Below, piece by piece: positions 1 to 8,986 of a stretch of 53,628 nt of DNA. The stretch comes from a virus (lineage: Duplodnaviria; Caudoviricetes). Under the pieces are notes generated by a model. The model saw nothing but the letters and a program-made list of their open reading frames with translations. It made no database searches and was not told where the DNA came from. The stretch is taken from positions 1-53,628 of the IMG/VR virus record IMGVR_UViG_3300031974_003381; one strand, 5' to 3'. How positions within the stretch are numbered: position 1 is the stretch's first letter; each line of letters begins with the position of its first letter. Both the position numbers and the translations under genes were made by a program.

Positions 1-477
1 AGCTAACAGCATCGCCACATAATTACAGAACGCCTGTGGCCATGTCCCGACTTGATTTGCGTACGTACCGTTGATGAACCAGCAGAATGTTTGTTGATAG
101 TTCGTACACACATAGCCGTCGATGATCTCGTACTCGATCGGCAGATCATTGCGATCTGTCGTCCCAGCAACGTATATCATCGAAAAGAAATTGGCCGGCA
201 GGTTGAACGTGTAATTCCAGTGAGCAGTAGCTGACACTGGGGACGATGCTGTATCTGTGTTGGTGACCGCCGACAGCTGCCGCATTGTTGTGAACTTTTG
301 CCAATCATACTTCTGAAACGCCTCGCGCACAGAATTGTCCCACTGGTTGTAGATGTCCCGCAGGGTCTGATTGTTGTTGATCTCTGTCGTGGACAGCGAC
401 GTAATTGGCCGCTGACCCAGAACTGACAATGCGTTGTTGATGATCTCAACTTGGCTGCTGTTCGGCGATACCGTCAT
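1..477 (-). CDS. Tail tubular protein A / head-tail adaptor (T7 gp11-like), 3'-truncated by the window edge
   Basis: Not in the ORF track. Manual translation from ATG 477 (ATGA overlap with the upstream stop) gives MTVSPNSSQVEIINNALSVLGQRPITSL...YDWQKF...WNYTFNLPANF...WPQAFCNYVAMLLA, open to base 1. The 'I.N.AL..LG..PI' start is typical of podoviral adaptors. Confidence 0.7.
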   Translation of the reverse strand, partial: MTVSPNSSQVEIINNALSVLGQRPITSLSTTEINNNQTLRDIYNQWDNSVREAFQKYDWQKFTTMRQLSAVTNTDTASSPVSATAHWNYTFNLPANFFSMIYVAGTTDRNDLPIEYEIIDGYVCTNYQQTFCWFINGTYANQVGTWPQAFCNYVAMLLA

Positions 478-989
478 GCTTCAGTGCTTTCCTTTTTGCG
501 TGCTCGACGCGGGGCCGCGCTGACCTTTGCCTGCGCCTTGCGTAGGGCTGCCGATGACTGTTCCTTTTCGAACAGTGCCAGCACCCGCACAACTGCGCCT
601 TCCTGCGAGCTGAACCCGCTTTCGATCCGTACGTTCTTGTTCCAGATCACGTGACCTTCAGCGCCACCGGCGAACTCAACGCGATAATCGCCAGGCAGAT
701 CCATCTCAACATCGAAATGTTGAACCTGCCCGATCGTCACCGTCACACACTGGCCCGCCTGTCTGATCTGCTCACGCACCATCAGGCGCATCATGTAGCT
801 GTTGTCGCGAGGTATGACCTCGATCAGATCACGAGGTGTCAGCACATTGCTCTTCATTGCGCGACCGAAATACTCCGGCGCTTGGATCTGCGCGATGCTG
901 TGCTCAGCCGGCGCATCGTAGATATACGTGTTTCGCGTTTTGCCGGCGACCTCGAGGTTGAGGTATTCAGGCTTTGCATAAACAGTCAT
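474..989 (-). CDS. Hypothetical protein in the head/tail block
   Basis: ORF 474-1022. The ATG at 989 has a GGAGA RBS; the longer start lies inside a terminator hairpin. Confidence 0.7.
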   Translation of the reverse strand: MTVYAKPEYLNLEVAGKTRNTYIYDAPAEHSIAQIQAPEYFGRAMKSNVLTPRDLIEVIPRDNSYMMRLMVREQIRQAGQCVTVTIGQVQHFDVEMDLPGDYRVEFAGGAEGHVIWNKNVRIESGFSSQEGAVVRVLALFEKEQSSAALRKAQAKVSAAPRRARKKESTEA

Positions 990-1002
990 GTCGTCTCCAA
1001 AG

Positions 1003-1038
1003 AAAAAGGGTACGGTCCCCACGCTGGAACCATACCCC
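1003..1038 (-). terminator. Rho-independent terminator after the capsid/decoration genes
   Basis: Minus strand reads GGGTATGGTTCC-AGCGTG-GGGACCGTACCC-TTTTT. Confidence 0.75.
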
Positions 1039-1072
1039 TTCCCCTCGGAATAGAACAGGCCGAAGCCTATCC

Positions 1073-1393
1073 TTACGCCATCGCTGACAGCGTTGCGGCC
1101 CCAGCGGTGCTGATGGCGGTCACAACGTAGTCGGACACTGCGTCAACAGTGCCAGAGGCTGCGGTGCCGTCACCATTGCCACGGGTCTCCGTGTTGGTGG
1201 TTGGCACAGCAGTGCCCCACTCACGAATGACCACGCGATCGCCAAGGCTCATTCCCTTTTCGAAAGCGTCGGAAATGTATCCGGCGCCTGCGACAGTTGC
1301 GGCTGGGTCTGTGCTGTCATAGACCCAGACGCTGTAGCCTACAGCCCCTTTGCGAGACTGCGCTAGTGCGAGGCTTGCGCTTGAATATGCCAT
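1073..1393 (-). CDS. Putative capsid decoration/cement protein
   Basis: 106-aa Ala/Thr/Ser-rich ORF directly after the major capsid gene, with an AGGGG RBS. Function is a positional inference. Confidence 0.55.
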   Translation of the reverse strand: MAYSSASLALAQSRKGAVGYSVWVYDSTDPAATVAGAGYISDAFEKGMSLGDRVVIREWGTAVPTTNTETRGNGDGTAASGTVDAVSDYVVTAISTAGAATLSAMA

Positions 1394-1413
1394 GTCAAAA
1401 TCCCCTTTCTAAA

Positions 1414-2262
1414 TTAAAGCGCTGCTGTGTCGTCGTGCGTCGCGTACAGGCAGCCATTAGGAAGGCACATGGCACGTGCGTCACGATACTTCGACCACGT
1501 TTCCCAACGGTCCTGTGGTTCGAAATAGTATGCGTGCAGCTCTGGCTCACCATCGATCTGGTGACCGATGCTGTCCTCATGCCATACGGCAACCGTGGCG
1601 GTTGAAGTGCCGGTGCCGGCGAGGCCCGTGTGCATGAACCACTTAACACCCATGAAGTTCCAGTATCCGCCTTCGCCGTAGCCATTGACGCCTTGCTCGG
1701 TCTTGCCGGTGGCGCTGACATAATCAGCTGAGGTGAATTCGTTGATCTTCATCAGACGGGCGAGAGCCTTCGGTGTCAGGACACCCCAGACACGTCCGTC
1801 GTTTGGCACGTCGTTTTCCCACAGCGATGTGGTCAGGTCCAGAACTGAGCCGATGTTGGCCAGTGTCGTGGTGCCGTAGTTCGTGCCAGAGGTGAACAGC
1901 TCGATGATCCGCTGATCGCAGGTGCGATAGCAGGCAGCCCGTGCCTTGCGATACTGTGCAGCCCGATAGTTCGGGTTCGCACGGAACGCGTCGAAATCGT
2001 CGACAGAGTATTTCTTGAAGAACTCTTTCGGCGTGTCCGACACTTGGCTGTTGTCCAGCTGATCGACGGGGATGTCGCCATCACGCGCCCGCTCAGCAGC
2101 GTCGCTGGTCGTGCCAACAACGTCCCAGTAAATGGTTCCTGCGCGCATCAGACCGTTGCTGTTAACGGCCTTCATCAGCAGGGATTTCTCACGCTCAAAG
2201 TCGAAACGGAATTCGTCATTATATTTGGAGCGTTCGATATTAGAAACAGTGTTCACTGCCAT
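1414..2262 (-). CDS. Major capsid protein
   Basis: 282 aa from ATG 2262 (GGAG RBS), downstream of the scaffold gene. Motifs RTCDQRII, VPNDGRVWGVLTP, EFTSADYV and FMGVKW resemble podoviral HK97-fold coat proteins. Confidence 0.85.
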   Translation of the reverse strand: MAVNTVSNIERSKYNDEFRFDFEREKSLLMKAVNSNGLMRAGTIYWDVVGTTSDAAERARDGDIPVDQLDNSQVSDTPKEFFKKYSVDDFDAFRANPNYRAAQYRKARAACYRTCDQRIIELFTSGTNYGTTTLANIGSVLDLTTSLWENDVPNDGRVWGVLTPKALARLMKINEFTSADYVSATGKTEQGVNGYGEGGYWNFMGVKWFMHTGLAGTGTSTATVAVWHEDSIGHQIDGEPELHAYYFEPQDRWETWSKYRDARAMCLPNGCLYATHDDTAAL

Positions 2263-2490
2263 GTCTAATCTCCACAATGGATTATGGTGCCTTGCGACAC
2301 CGGTTCAGGTTCGTGCGACTAGATCCAGCGGGTAGGCCTGCAACAGGGGCCGCCTTCACATGACTTTGAGCGTGGGGCCGATCGAGTGCCAGCTGTTGTC
2401 GACGCAACTGGCAGCCTTTCGGGTAGGCCACAGTCCGCATGGTTCATCGCAAACCTGCGAACATGATCACCATACACACTGATCTGGAAC
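2263..2490 (-). promoter_or_regulatory. Structured 5' leader of the capsid gene (candidate cis-regulatory RNA)
   Basis: About 230 nt with no credible coding role. Contains two GGCCUACCCG copies, stem UGCCAGUUG/CAGCUGGCA and GNRA hairpin GGUGUC-GCAA-GGCACC. Confidence 0.45.
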
Positions 2491-2492
2491 AC

Positions 2493-2530
2493 AAAAAAAC
2501 GGCCCCCGCCAAGAGAGGAGACGGGGGCCG
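2493..2530 (-). terminator. Rho-independent terminator downstream of the scaffold gene
   Basis: Minus strand reads CGGCCCCCGT-CTCCTCTCTTG-GCGGGGGCCG-TTTTTTT. Confidence 0.75.
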
Positions 2531-2596
2531 ACAACCAGAGAGAACATGCGTCATGCGTAACGCACTTCTGGTATACTACGCGCACAGGAATGCAGT

Positions 2597-3514
2597 CTAC
2601 CGCTGCCGCGCACGCTCCAAACGTTCCAGCATTTGCTCGTATTTGCCGCCTGGCGCACTGACCTCAGCATACTTGCGTTGCTCTTCAGGTGTGCCAGTCC
2701 GCCACGCCCGCATCTTGTCCAGCTCGCCTTGGATCTCATCAGCACTGGCTGGCCCTTGTGTGTTGACTGCCGCCAGAAACTGGGGGTCGCCAACCATAGC
2801 GCGGCCAGCTGCTGTCATCGCTCGGATGAACTGCTCATTGTCACCCAGCCGCGACCCGTCCATCAGCTGCACCTCAAGGATGTTGTCGTCCTCACTGCTG
2901 TTGTCGAAGTAAGCCTGCACCGCCTGCTGTGCATACTTCATGTTAACGTCATAGTCGTGACCCCATGACGTCTTCAGATCGGTCTCCACCTTAGCTCGCG
3001 CCTGCATACTAATCTCTTGAGCCTGAGCGTTGCGCGCTGCCAGAGCGTCGTGGTAAAGCGCCTGCAGCGTTGCAGCGACCTGTGGCGACGCCGTGATGCC
3101 GCCCTGCTGGTGCAGCTGCTCTAAAGCCTGATCAATGAACGCATTGTCTGCATCGCTCAACTCAATGCCTTCGGGCGGAGCCAAGCGCTCATACCCATCG
3201 ACAGCATCAGGAATGCCCATCTGTGCGCGGAACGCCGCCACATCCTCATCACTGGCGTCTTCGTCGGGCACCTTGAAATAGCCCTCCATCTTCTGGCGCA
3301 GTGCTGTCTGTGTGTCGCGGAACGCCTTGTCATACGCTGTCGGATCACTGAACCGCTGCAGCGCTGCCAGTCTCTCAGCATCACCACCGGCAAATGGCGT
3401 GCGCCAATCGTCAGCTGATGGCGCTGCACTGGCCTGCTCGGTGACAGGCGCCTCTGATACTGGTGCCTCGGCGACTGGTTCACCGCCCTCTGCACTCATT
3501 GCTTCTTCGCTCAT
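2597..3514 (-). CDS. Capsid scaffolding/assembly protein
   Basis: 305 aa between portal and capsid. Acidic Ala/Pro N-terminus, DWR motif, 'LKTSWGHDYD' helix pattern, predicted helical. Confidence 0.8.
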   Translation of the reverse strand: MSEEAMSAEGGEPVAEAPVSEAPVTEQASAAPSADDWRTPFAGGDAERLAALQRFSDPTAYDKAFRDTQTALRQKMEGYFKVPDEDASDEDVAAFRAQMGIPDAVDGYERLAPPEGIELSDADNAFIDQALEQLHQQGGITASPQVAATLQALYHDALAARNAQAQEISMQARAKVETDLKTSWGHDYDVNMKYAQQAVQAYFDNSSEDDNILEVQLMDGSRLGDNEQFIRAMTAAGRAMVGDPQFLAAVNTQGPASADEIQGELDKMRAWRTGTPEEQRKYAEVSAPGGKYEQMLERLERARQR

Positions 3515-3819
3515 TCCTCATTCTCCTCATCGCTGTAATGTCGAAGGGCTGCTAGTTCTGCGATCTTCAGGCCAACATAACGCCGGCCATCATCAAATGC
3601 TCGCTTGTACGGATCCGCGTCCGGTTGCGGGTAATCGGTGACACCGCACAGCACACGCATGATGTGCTTCATTGCCTTGCGTTGCGCCGGTCCATCGGCA
3701 CTGCCACGCACCACCTGACTGAATGCGCGCACTATCAGCGTTGCAGCACGCTGCTGATCCTCGATCATTTTATCTACGGCTGCTGTCGTACGTAGCGGGG
3801 GACTACTGCGGTTCTCCAT
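3511..3819 (-). CDS. Small conserved post-portal protein (Bbp19-like)
   Basis: 102 aa. The 'D.YKRAFDDGRRYVGLKI' motif is typical of the gene between portal and scaffold in BPP-1-like podoviruses. Confidence 0.65.
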   Translation of the reverse strand: MENRSSPPLRTTAAVDKMIEDQQRAATLIVRAFSQVVRGSADGPAQRKAMKHIMRVLCGVTDYPQPDADPYKRAFDDGRRYVGLKIAELAALRHYSDEENEE

Positions 3820-5524
3820 TCACTGCTCGCTGTAACATTCGCAGGTTCTCAGGTTTGGCACTCATTGCAGCCTGACCAGCCTCCATAGCCATTTGCTGCT
3901 CTTGCGCCTCCTGTTGCGCCTGCTGTTTCTGCTCCCGCAAATCGGCCGCCTCTTCGTCCGACCGTTCCCACTTGCTTGGTACTGACGTCTTGAGCACGTG
4001 TCGTGTCATGTCGTCAAACTTAATGTAGTCCAGCGCCGCCATCGCGTCTGGGTGCTGTGACTGCACTGTCTGCATGGTCATCTGCATGACCTGCTCATAC
4101 TGCTGCACGACCTCGCTCTCTTTCGCCTGCGTCAACGGCGTGTCAAAGTCGATCTCTACCTGTCGCCCCTGCAGGCTTTGCGGAATGTCTTCCAGTGGCC
4201 CAAATGCCTGCCGTGTCATGGCCATCTCGAACACCTTGCCCAGCATGCGACGCAGGTCTGCCTCCAGTGGCTCGAAGATGGGCGACGCATCAGCCAGCTG
4301 TGCAGCCAGTCTCTGCCTCACCTCGTATGCAGTCATTGGCTTCTGCGGAATGTCCAGAATATGCAGGAAGAATGCCATGCGCATTTCCTGATATGCACGA
4401 TCGCGCCAGTCCATCGCCAGAGGCACTTCACCGTTCTGCAGATACTCGACGATTGGCCGGTTGCCACGATCAGGCCCGACATTGGCGTAGATCACATCAC
4501 CAGCCTGCCAGCCAATGCGATCGTCCAGTATCGCCTCACGGTCGACGATCTTGATCGGCTCAACGTTTAGCTCGACCGATTTCAGGATCGCATACTCCAT
4601 TGTGTTCATCGCGCGGGCATCGCCCAGAGCCACCGATGTGCATGGGCTGCGAGCATAATCCTCACCTGCCACGCTTTGCCACTGGCGCACGGTGAACGGG
4701 AAATAGCTGTAAGCATCTTCCTTGATGCAGCAGTCAGCCTCATCATCTGCCGAGACATACTGCATCTTGAACTTCGCCTCAGCCGGCATCGCAAAGTTGC
4801 GCTCCTGTCCGTCATAATCACCTTGCTCGATCGGCGTCACGCACATGAACACTGTGCGCTTCTCGTCCAGCTGATCCTGATCGCAAGCACGCTGCCACTT
4901 CTCTGGCAGATTGGCCTGACCAAACTGTGTGCGCCACTGGCCCAGTGTCTTCTCAAGCTTGATAAACATGTGGTCGATCACGCCGAGGTGGTTCTTCTTC
5001 CACGCACAGTCACGCAGGTGGTAGCAGCGGAACAGTATGCCTGGCTCCATGATCCCGCCGACGTCATCATAATACGTGTGCGATATGACGCTGTTGCCGA
5101 AGCAGACAAAGTCCAGATCGCTCTCGGCCATAGCGCGACTGAACATGGCCTTGTTGTCATAGATGATGCGGCGCAGCGTGACCGTGGCGTCCTCCACCCA
5201 GTTCTGCACTGGCTTTTCGTCCATCAGTTCTTCAGGCTTGGCCACGCACTTGAACCAGTTCGTGCTCTGCGGTCGCAGCAGCCGGCCAATGTTGTTGGCT
5301 GACTGGCTGGCAATGCGGCTGGGGATCGATGTGTACAGATCCTCGAAGTATTCACTCGCCTCGCTGTGCTTCATGGTGAAGTCCGCACGCGTTGGGTAGA
5401 ACAGCTCAGCGATGGACTGCCATAGCGTCAGGTACGGCGCTTTCTTCTGAAACGCCATCTGGGCCATCTTGCGCACCTTCTTGCCGCGCTCGTGCCCACC
5501 CTCTTTCGTCATGCCATACTGCAT
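3803..5524 (-). CDS. Portal (head-to-tail connector) protein
   Basis: 573 aa. Motifs WQSIAELFYP, DFVCFGNS, RQWQSVAGEDYARSP, MRMAFF and MTAYEVRQR fit the T7 gp8/Bbp21-type connector. Confidence 0.9.
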   Translation of the reverse strand: MQYGMTKEGGHERGKKVRKMAQMAFQKKAPYLTLWQSIAELFYPTRADFTMKHSEASEYFEDLYTSIPSRIASQSANNIGRLLRPQSTNWFKCVAKPEELMDEKPVQNWVEDATVTLRRIIYDNKAMFSRAMAESDLDFVCFGNSVISHTYYDDVGGIMEPGILFRCYHLRDCAWKKNHLGVIDHMFIKLEKTLGQWRTQFGQANLPEKWQRACDQDQLDEKRTVFMCVTPIEQGDYDGQERNFAMPAEAKFKMQYVSADDEADCCIKEDAYSYFPFTVRQWQSVAGEDYARSPCTSVALGDARAMNTMEYAILKSVELNVEPIKIVDREAILDDRIGWQAGDVIYANVGPDRGNRPIVEYLQNGEVPLAMDWRDRAYQEMRMAFFLHILDIPQKPMTAYEVRQRLAAQLADASPIFEPLEADLRRMLGKVFEMAMTRQAFGPLEDIPQSLQGRQVEIDFDTPLTQAKESEVVQQYEQVMQMTMQTVQSQHPDAMAALDYIKFDDMTRHVLKTSVPSKWERSDEEAADLREQKQQAQQEAQEQQMAMEAGQAAMSAKPENLRMLQRAVNGEPQ

Positions 5525-5748
5525 CAGCCACCTAGCAACGTTGTCGTGGTTGTTGGCGGAGCGCCTGCATATTGGCCGCTACCCAGCGATGACCGCAGCA
5601 GTGTTGACTGTCGGCCCTGTCGTCTCCGCGCACCACGCTCCGTCTCTACTCGCATCTGCTGCACGCTTGGCGCCACCTCAGTCGGCATTGGCGGCGGCGG
5701 AGGCGGTGGAGGGGGAGGCGGTGGAGGTGGTGGCGGAGAACGGAACAT
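5524..5748 (-). CDS. Small proline-rich virion-associated protein
   Basis: 74 aa with a poly-Pro tract, 'RRRQGRQSTLL' and a C-terminal 'TLLGG', typical of the small pre-portal gene of podoviruses. Confidence 0.65.
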   Translation of the reverse strand: MFRSPPPPPPPPPPPPPPPPMPTEVAPSVQQMRVETERGARRRQGRQSTLLRSSLGSGQYAGAPPTTTTTLLGG

Positions 5749-5976
5749 TTAGGCCATGCCTCCGAGAAGACTGCGCTGGCCCATACCTTTGCGCCGTTTG
5801 GGACGTCCGAACTCGTCTAGCTCTTCCACTGCGCTGAGCATTGTCGGCGACAGCTGCTCACCTGCCATCGGGCTCGGGCCCATCATTGGCCGGCTGCGAC
5901 GTGACGCTTGCTTGGGCTTGTTGGCGACCATGCTGCCGCCCTTTTTCTTTTTGGAATGACCGTAGTGACTTGGCAT
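5749..5976 (-). CDS. Small basic hypothetical protein
   Basis: 75 aa with an AGGAGG RBS. Ends 'RSLLGGMA', similar to its neighbour. Confidence 0.6.
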   Translation of the reverse strand: MPSHYGHSKKKKGGSMVANKPKQASRRSRPMMGPSPMAGEQLSPTMLSAVEELDEFGRPKRRKGMGQRSLLGGMA

Positions 5977-6019
5977 CTGTACCTCCTGCTGGTCGCAGAC
6001 TAGCAGCGTGATCGGAACA

Positions 6020-7690
6020 CTACTTGCGACGCACTAAACTGTTGCTGGCTCGACGCCTGCCGGCCAGCTTGGTCAGGCCACTGTCCCGCATGTTGTTGAC
6101 GTGGCCAGTGCGACGGCGACTGGTGACGTAGGCCTGTCTGTTTTCTTTGGCTGTCAGGTTCGGTGCGGCCCACGCAAAGAAAAAGCCCCACGCAATGTCT
6201 GGCGATCGGCCAATGCGTTCGACAATGACATCGTTGGGCTCGACCCTGATCACATTGCGTGCGTCCTCTCGCGGCATCTCTCTGAATGCTGTCAGCTCAA
6301 GCACCACCTCGCGGCCAGGCGGCAGCGCTATGTTGTCACCGTTCTCTGGATCCAGACTGTCGCGAAACTCATAGATCATCTGCGTCCGCAGGTTGGCATA
6401 GGTGCGACCAGTTCGAGGACAGGATCGCGTGGGCTTCTGAGCACCCTTGATCCGCTTGACGTTCATCTGGTTGCTTTCGAGCATGTCAGACACGCCAGAC
6501 CCATAGCCACCGCCGCAGTCGATGTTGATCTGCGCGTCATCCCGCAACACTGTCAGGATGAACGCTGCCTTCGCTGTCGTGGTCGAGACGTCACTGCCTG
6601 CCTTCATCACTGGCGCGCCAAACGTCGCCTGATGCAGCGGCACGCAGACCATCCTGTCACGGCCACCGTCAGCCACGTCCACACCCAGAGCCGTCATGGC
6701 CTTGTTCTGCAGGTCTGTCTTGCGCAGTTCGTACCGCTCCTGTGCCTTCAGGATCCACTGCGTCGGGATGATCTGGCGCTCTGCGTCCTCCAGTGTCGTG
6801 CTGAACTTGCCCTCCAGCAGAGCAGCCCGCAGGTGAGGCGGCAGATTGGCCAGCTGCTCGGCATATCCAGCGTCCACCAGATCAGGATTGTCGGACAGTG
6901 AAGCTGGAATGAAGGTCCGCGATTTAGGACGTATCAATATAGGTCGCCCCAACGCGTCACGGACCTCGATCTCTTCGTCCGGCTGCACCTCGACCTCGTG
7001 GCCCTCAATAGTTGCGTACCAGCGCAGCCGGCCAGGTGCTGCTGGATTGGGGTGCTCGGGATCGAGCCACGCTGCGTAGCGGTCAAATATCCACAGGCCT
7101 TCGGGCGTCACCGGCGGGTTGGATGCCAGCACCACTCGACAGCGCTGATCCATCGGCACGCCCGCGCCTGGCCGGTTCCACGCGCTCAAGAACTGGATCA
7201 ATGGCCACTGAAACTGCACAGCCTCATCGAACCCCAGAAAATCGGCGGCTCGACCCTGATACCGCTCTGCCTCAACCTGATTGGTGAACGCGCCGAACTC
7301 GATCGACCGATCGACACCGTTCGTCACTGCGTGCGGTAGCTGCCAAACGTGCTTCTGGCTATTGTATCCCCTCATGCCCGTTGCGATGAGCTTGCCCATA
7401 GACTGGGCCAGACCACCAGAGCCGTCGATGTCTGTGAACTGCCGGCGGAACAGGCGGGACACGCGGTGCTCTTGCAGGGCTAGCATGAGCAACAGCACCG
7501 ATTTGCCACCACCTGCCGCGCCACCAAAGTACAGCTCGTCTGCTGGAGAAAAATAGGCGTCGGTCTGTGGGCCAGGATTTGGCACCAGAACCATGTCTGC
7601 AGTGCCAGCCATTGCTGCCTGCTCTAGCTCAGCGCGATCGCCCTCGTCCATCTGCTGGACGCGCGCAGTGATTTCATCAAGCAGCCCCAA
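6020..7690 (-). CDS. terL: Terminase large subunit
   Basis: PNPGPQ Q-motif, Walker A GGAAGGGKS, Walker B FLGFDEA, coupling motif LASNPP, nuclease LGVDVADGGRD and C-terminal RSPD. Confidence 0.95.
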   Translation of the reverse strand: MGLLDEITARVQQMDEGDRAELEQAAMAGTADMVLVPNPGPQTDAYFSPADELYFGGAAGGGKSVLLLMLALQEHRVSRLFRRQFTDIDGSGGLAQSMGKLIATGMRGYNSQKHVWQLPHAVTNGVDRSIEFGAFTNQVEAERYQGRAADFLGFDEAVQFQWPLIQFLSAWNRPGAGVPMDQRCRVVLASNPPVTPEGLWIFDRYAAWLDPEHPNPAAPGRLRWYATIEGHEVEVQPDEEIEVRDALGRPILIRPKSRTFIPASLSDNPDLVDAGYAEQLANLPPHLRAALLEGKFSTTLEDAERQIIPTQWILKAQERYELRKTDLQNKAMTALGVDVADGGRDRMVCVPLHQATFGAPVMKAGSDVSTTTAKAAFILTVLRDDAQINIDCGGGYGSGVSDMLESNQMNVKRIKGAQKPTRSCPRTGRTYANLRTQMIYEFRDSLDPENGDNIALPPGREVVLELTAFREMPREDARNVIRVEPNDVIVERIGRSPDIAWGFFFAWAAPNLTAKENRQAYVTSRRRTGHVNNMRDSGLTKLAGRRRASNSLVRRK

Positions 7691-7841
7691 CGTCGGCCTC
7701 TGGCTCGTGCGGAGTGAACACTAGGTAGAACATATCGCATTCAGGACAGGTGAAGTTGCTCTCCAGATAGTATTCTGCATCATCATCCAAATCGTGGTCA
7801 CCACCGTGGATCGTCTCAGTATCGCAACGAATACACTTCAT
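7677..7841 (-). CDS. 54-aa zinc-ribbon protein
   Basis: Below the ORF-track cutoff. MKCIRCDTETIHGGDHDLDDDAEYYLESNFTCPECDMFYLVFTPHEPEADVGAA, with two CxxC motifs and an ATGA overlap with the terS stop. Confidence 0.7.
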   Translation of the reverse strand: MKCIRCDTETIHGGDHDLDDDAEYYLESNFTCPECDMFYLVFTPHEPEADVGAA

Positions 7842-8308
7842 TTGTCTGCTCTCTGTGCTCTCTCTAACAAAAACGCGATGCGCCTCGCGGCCTCTCGGTC
7901 ATCAACCACCTGCGCATCGATCTGGATCGGATCCTCATCCCGATTGCCAATCATCTCATTGACCACTCGCTCACTGTAGCGCTTGGGGCTCAGTCGAGAT
8001 GCGACCCACTTGGCATTGTCTGTCTGCAGTTTGGCCAGCTGGACGGCGATTTTTGGGTCTTCGTGCAGTAACTCAACGCGGGCTGGATCGGACAGGTCCA
8101 TGATCGTGTCACCCCAGTATGCGCCACGAGCCTCGCAGGCGCGCGCGTATTGCTCCTGCAAAGCCTCGTCATCACGCAACCAAACAAAGAAGTTGGACAT
8201 CGCTGGCATCCCCTTTTCCTTCAGGATGCTGCGCACGCTGCGACCCAGAGCCATCTGGTCACAGACGTATCGCATGACAGCGTCTCGATCGTGTTTAGGC
8301 TTGGCCAT
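7838..8308 (-). CDS. terS: Terminase small subunit (Sf6/P22-like)
   Basis: HTH 'GRSVRSILKEKGMPAMSNFFVWL', 'EQYARACE' and 'KWVASRLSPKRY'; upstream of terL. ORF track start is 8332; 8308 chosen. Confidence 0.85.
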   Translation of the reverse strand: MAKPKHDRDAVMRYVCDQMALGRSVRSILKEKGMPAMSNFFVWLRDDEALQEQYARACEARGAYWGDTIMDLSDPARVELLHEDPKIAVQLAKLQTDNAKWVASRLSPKRYSERVVNEMIGNRDEDPIQIDAQVVDDREAARRIAFLLERAQRADK

Positions 8309-8400
8309 TGTAGTATCCATAGGTGACAACAAGAAACAGCGGGACGTAAATCATCGCTAGGATGACACAGGCCTGCAACCATCGCCTGTTTCGATCAGGC

Positions 8401-8601
8401 TCATGTCTCATCTTTAGGGCCGTAACCTGTGGCTTGATATCGTGGGTCATCGTTGGCAGCACAATACATCCGATACTGTATCGTTGCGTCTTGTAGTTTG
8501 TTTGCGATTTCAAGGTAGACCTCGCTCATTACTGAAGCCTCGTCGCGGTCTGGGCATTCGTCAAATTGTACAACCATATTCATCGCCAGCTCGTGCAACA
8601 T
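8401..8601 (-). CDS. Hypothetical protein
   Basis: 3' part of ORF 8401-8706 (MLHELAMNM...). Fills the operon gap; start uncertain. Confidence 0.35.
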   Translation of the reverse strand: MLHELAMNMVVQFDECPDRDEASVMSEVYLEIANKLQDATIQYRMYCAANDDPRYQATGYGPKDET

Positions 8602-8647
8602 CGCCCATTCGAGTAAATCGAGAGTGATACTGCGACAGCGGGCTGTT

Positions 8648-8983
8648 TTATGTGTCATCTGGCTGTATGATCCTCCGACCGCCGTCACAACTGACCTCCC
8701 ACTCACCCTTCTGGTTTACGTACACGGGATGAAACACATGGCAATCTGAACAAAGCTGGCTTTTGCCCTCGACGATATCGCCAAACTTGTACGTTTTGCG
8801 CGCTTTCTGCAGAAGCTCGGCCCTGATGTCCTCACGTACAGCCGACATTGCTTTGCGCTTGCTCTCAAACATCTGCTCAAGTTTTTCGTTTTGATCGTCC
8901 GATCTTCGGGCTGCTCGTGCAGCAGCAAACACGAAAACGATGGCCAGCGATATGACTGTGAGTGCTACAAAACCTGCGATCAT
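8648..8983 (-). CDS. Membrane-anchored hypothetical protein with Cys/His cluster
   Basis: N-terminal hydrophobic helix, CSDCH motif, GAGAGG RBS. Confidence 0.55.
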   Translation of the reverse strand: MIAGFVALTVISLAIVFVFAAARAARRSDDQNEKLEQMFESKRKAMSAVREDIRAELLQKARKTYKFGDIVEGKSQLCSDCHVFHPVYVNQKGEWEVSCDGGRRIIQPDDT

Positions 8984-8986
8984 GCT

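Noticed and set aside
1393-1420. Programmed frameshift or readthrough extending the capsid protein (T7 10A/10B style) at CTT TAA
   Set aside because: Both shifted frames stop within a few codons (TAG; TGA at 1395), and the zero frame is not in frame with the next gene.
5492-5752. Plus-strand glycine-rich ORF
   Set aside because: It is the reverse complement of the poly-proline gene, which fits the minus-strand operon.
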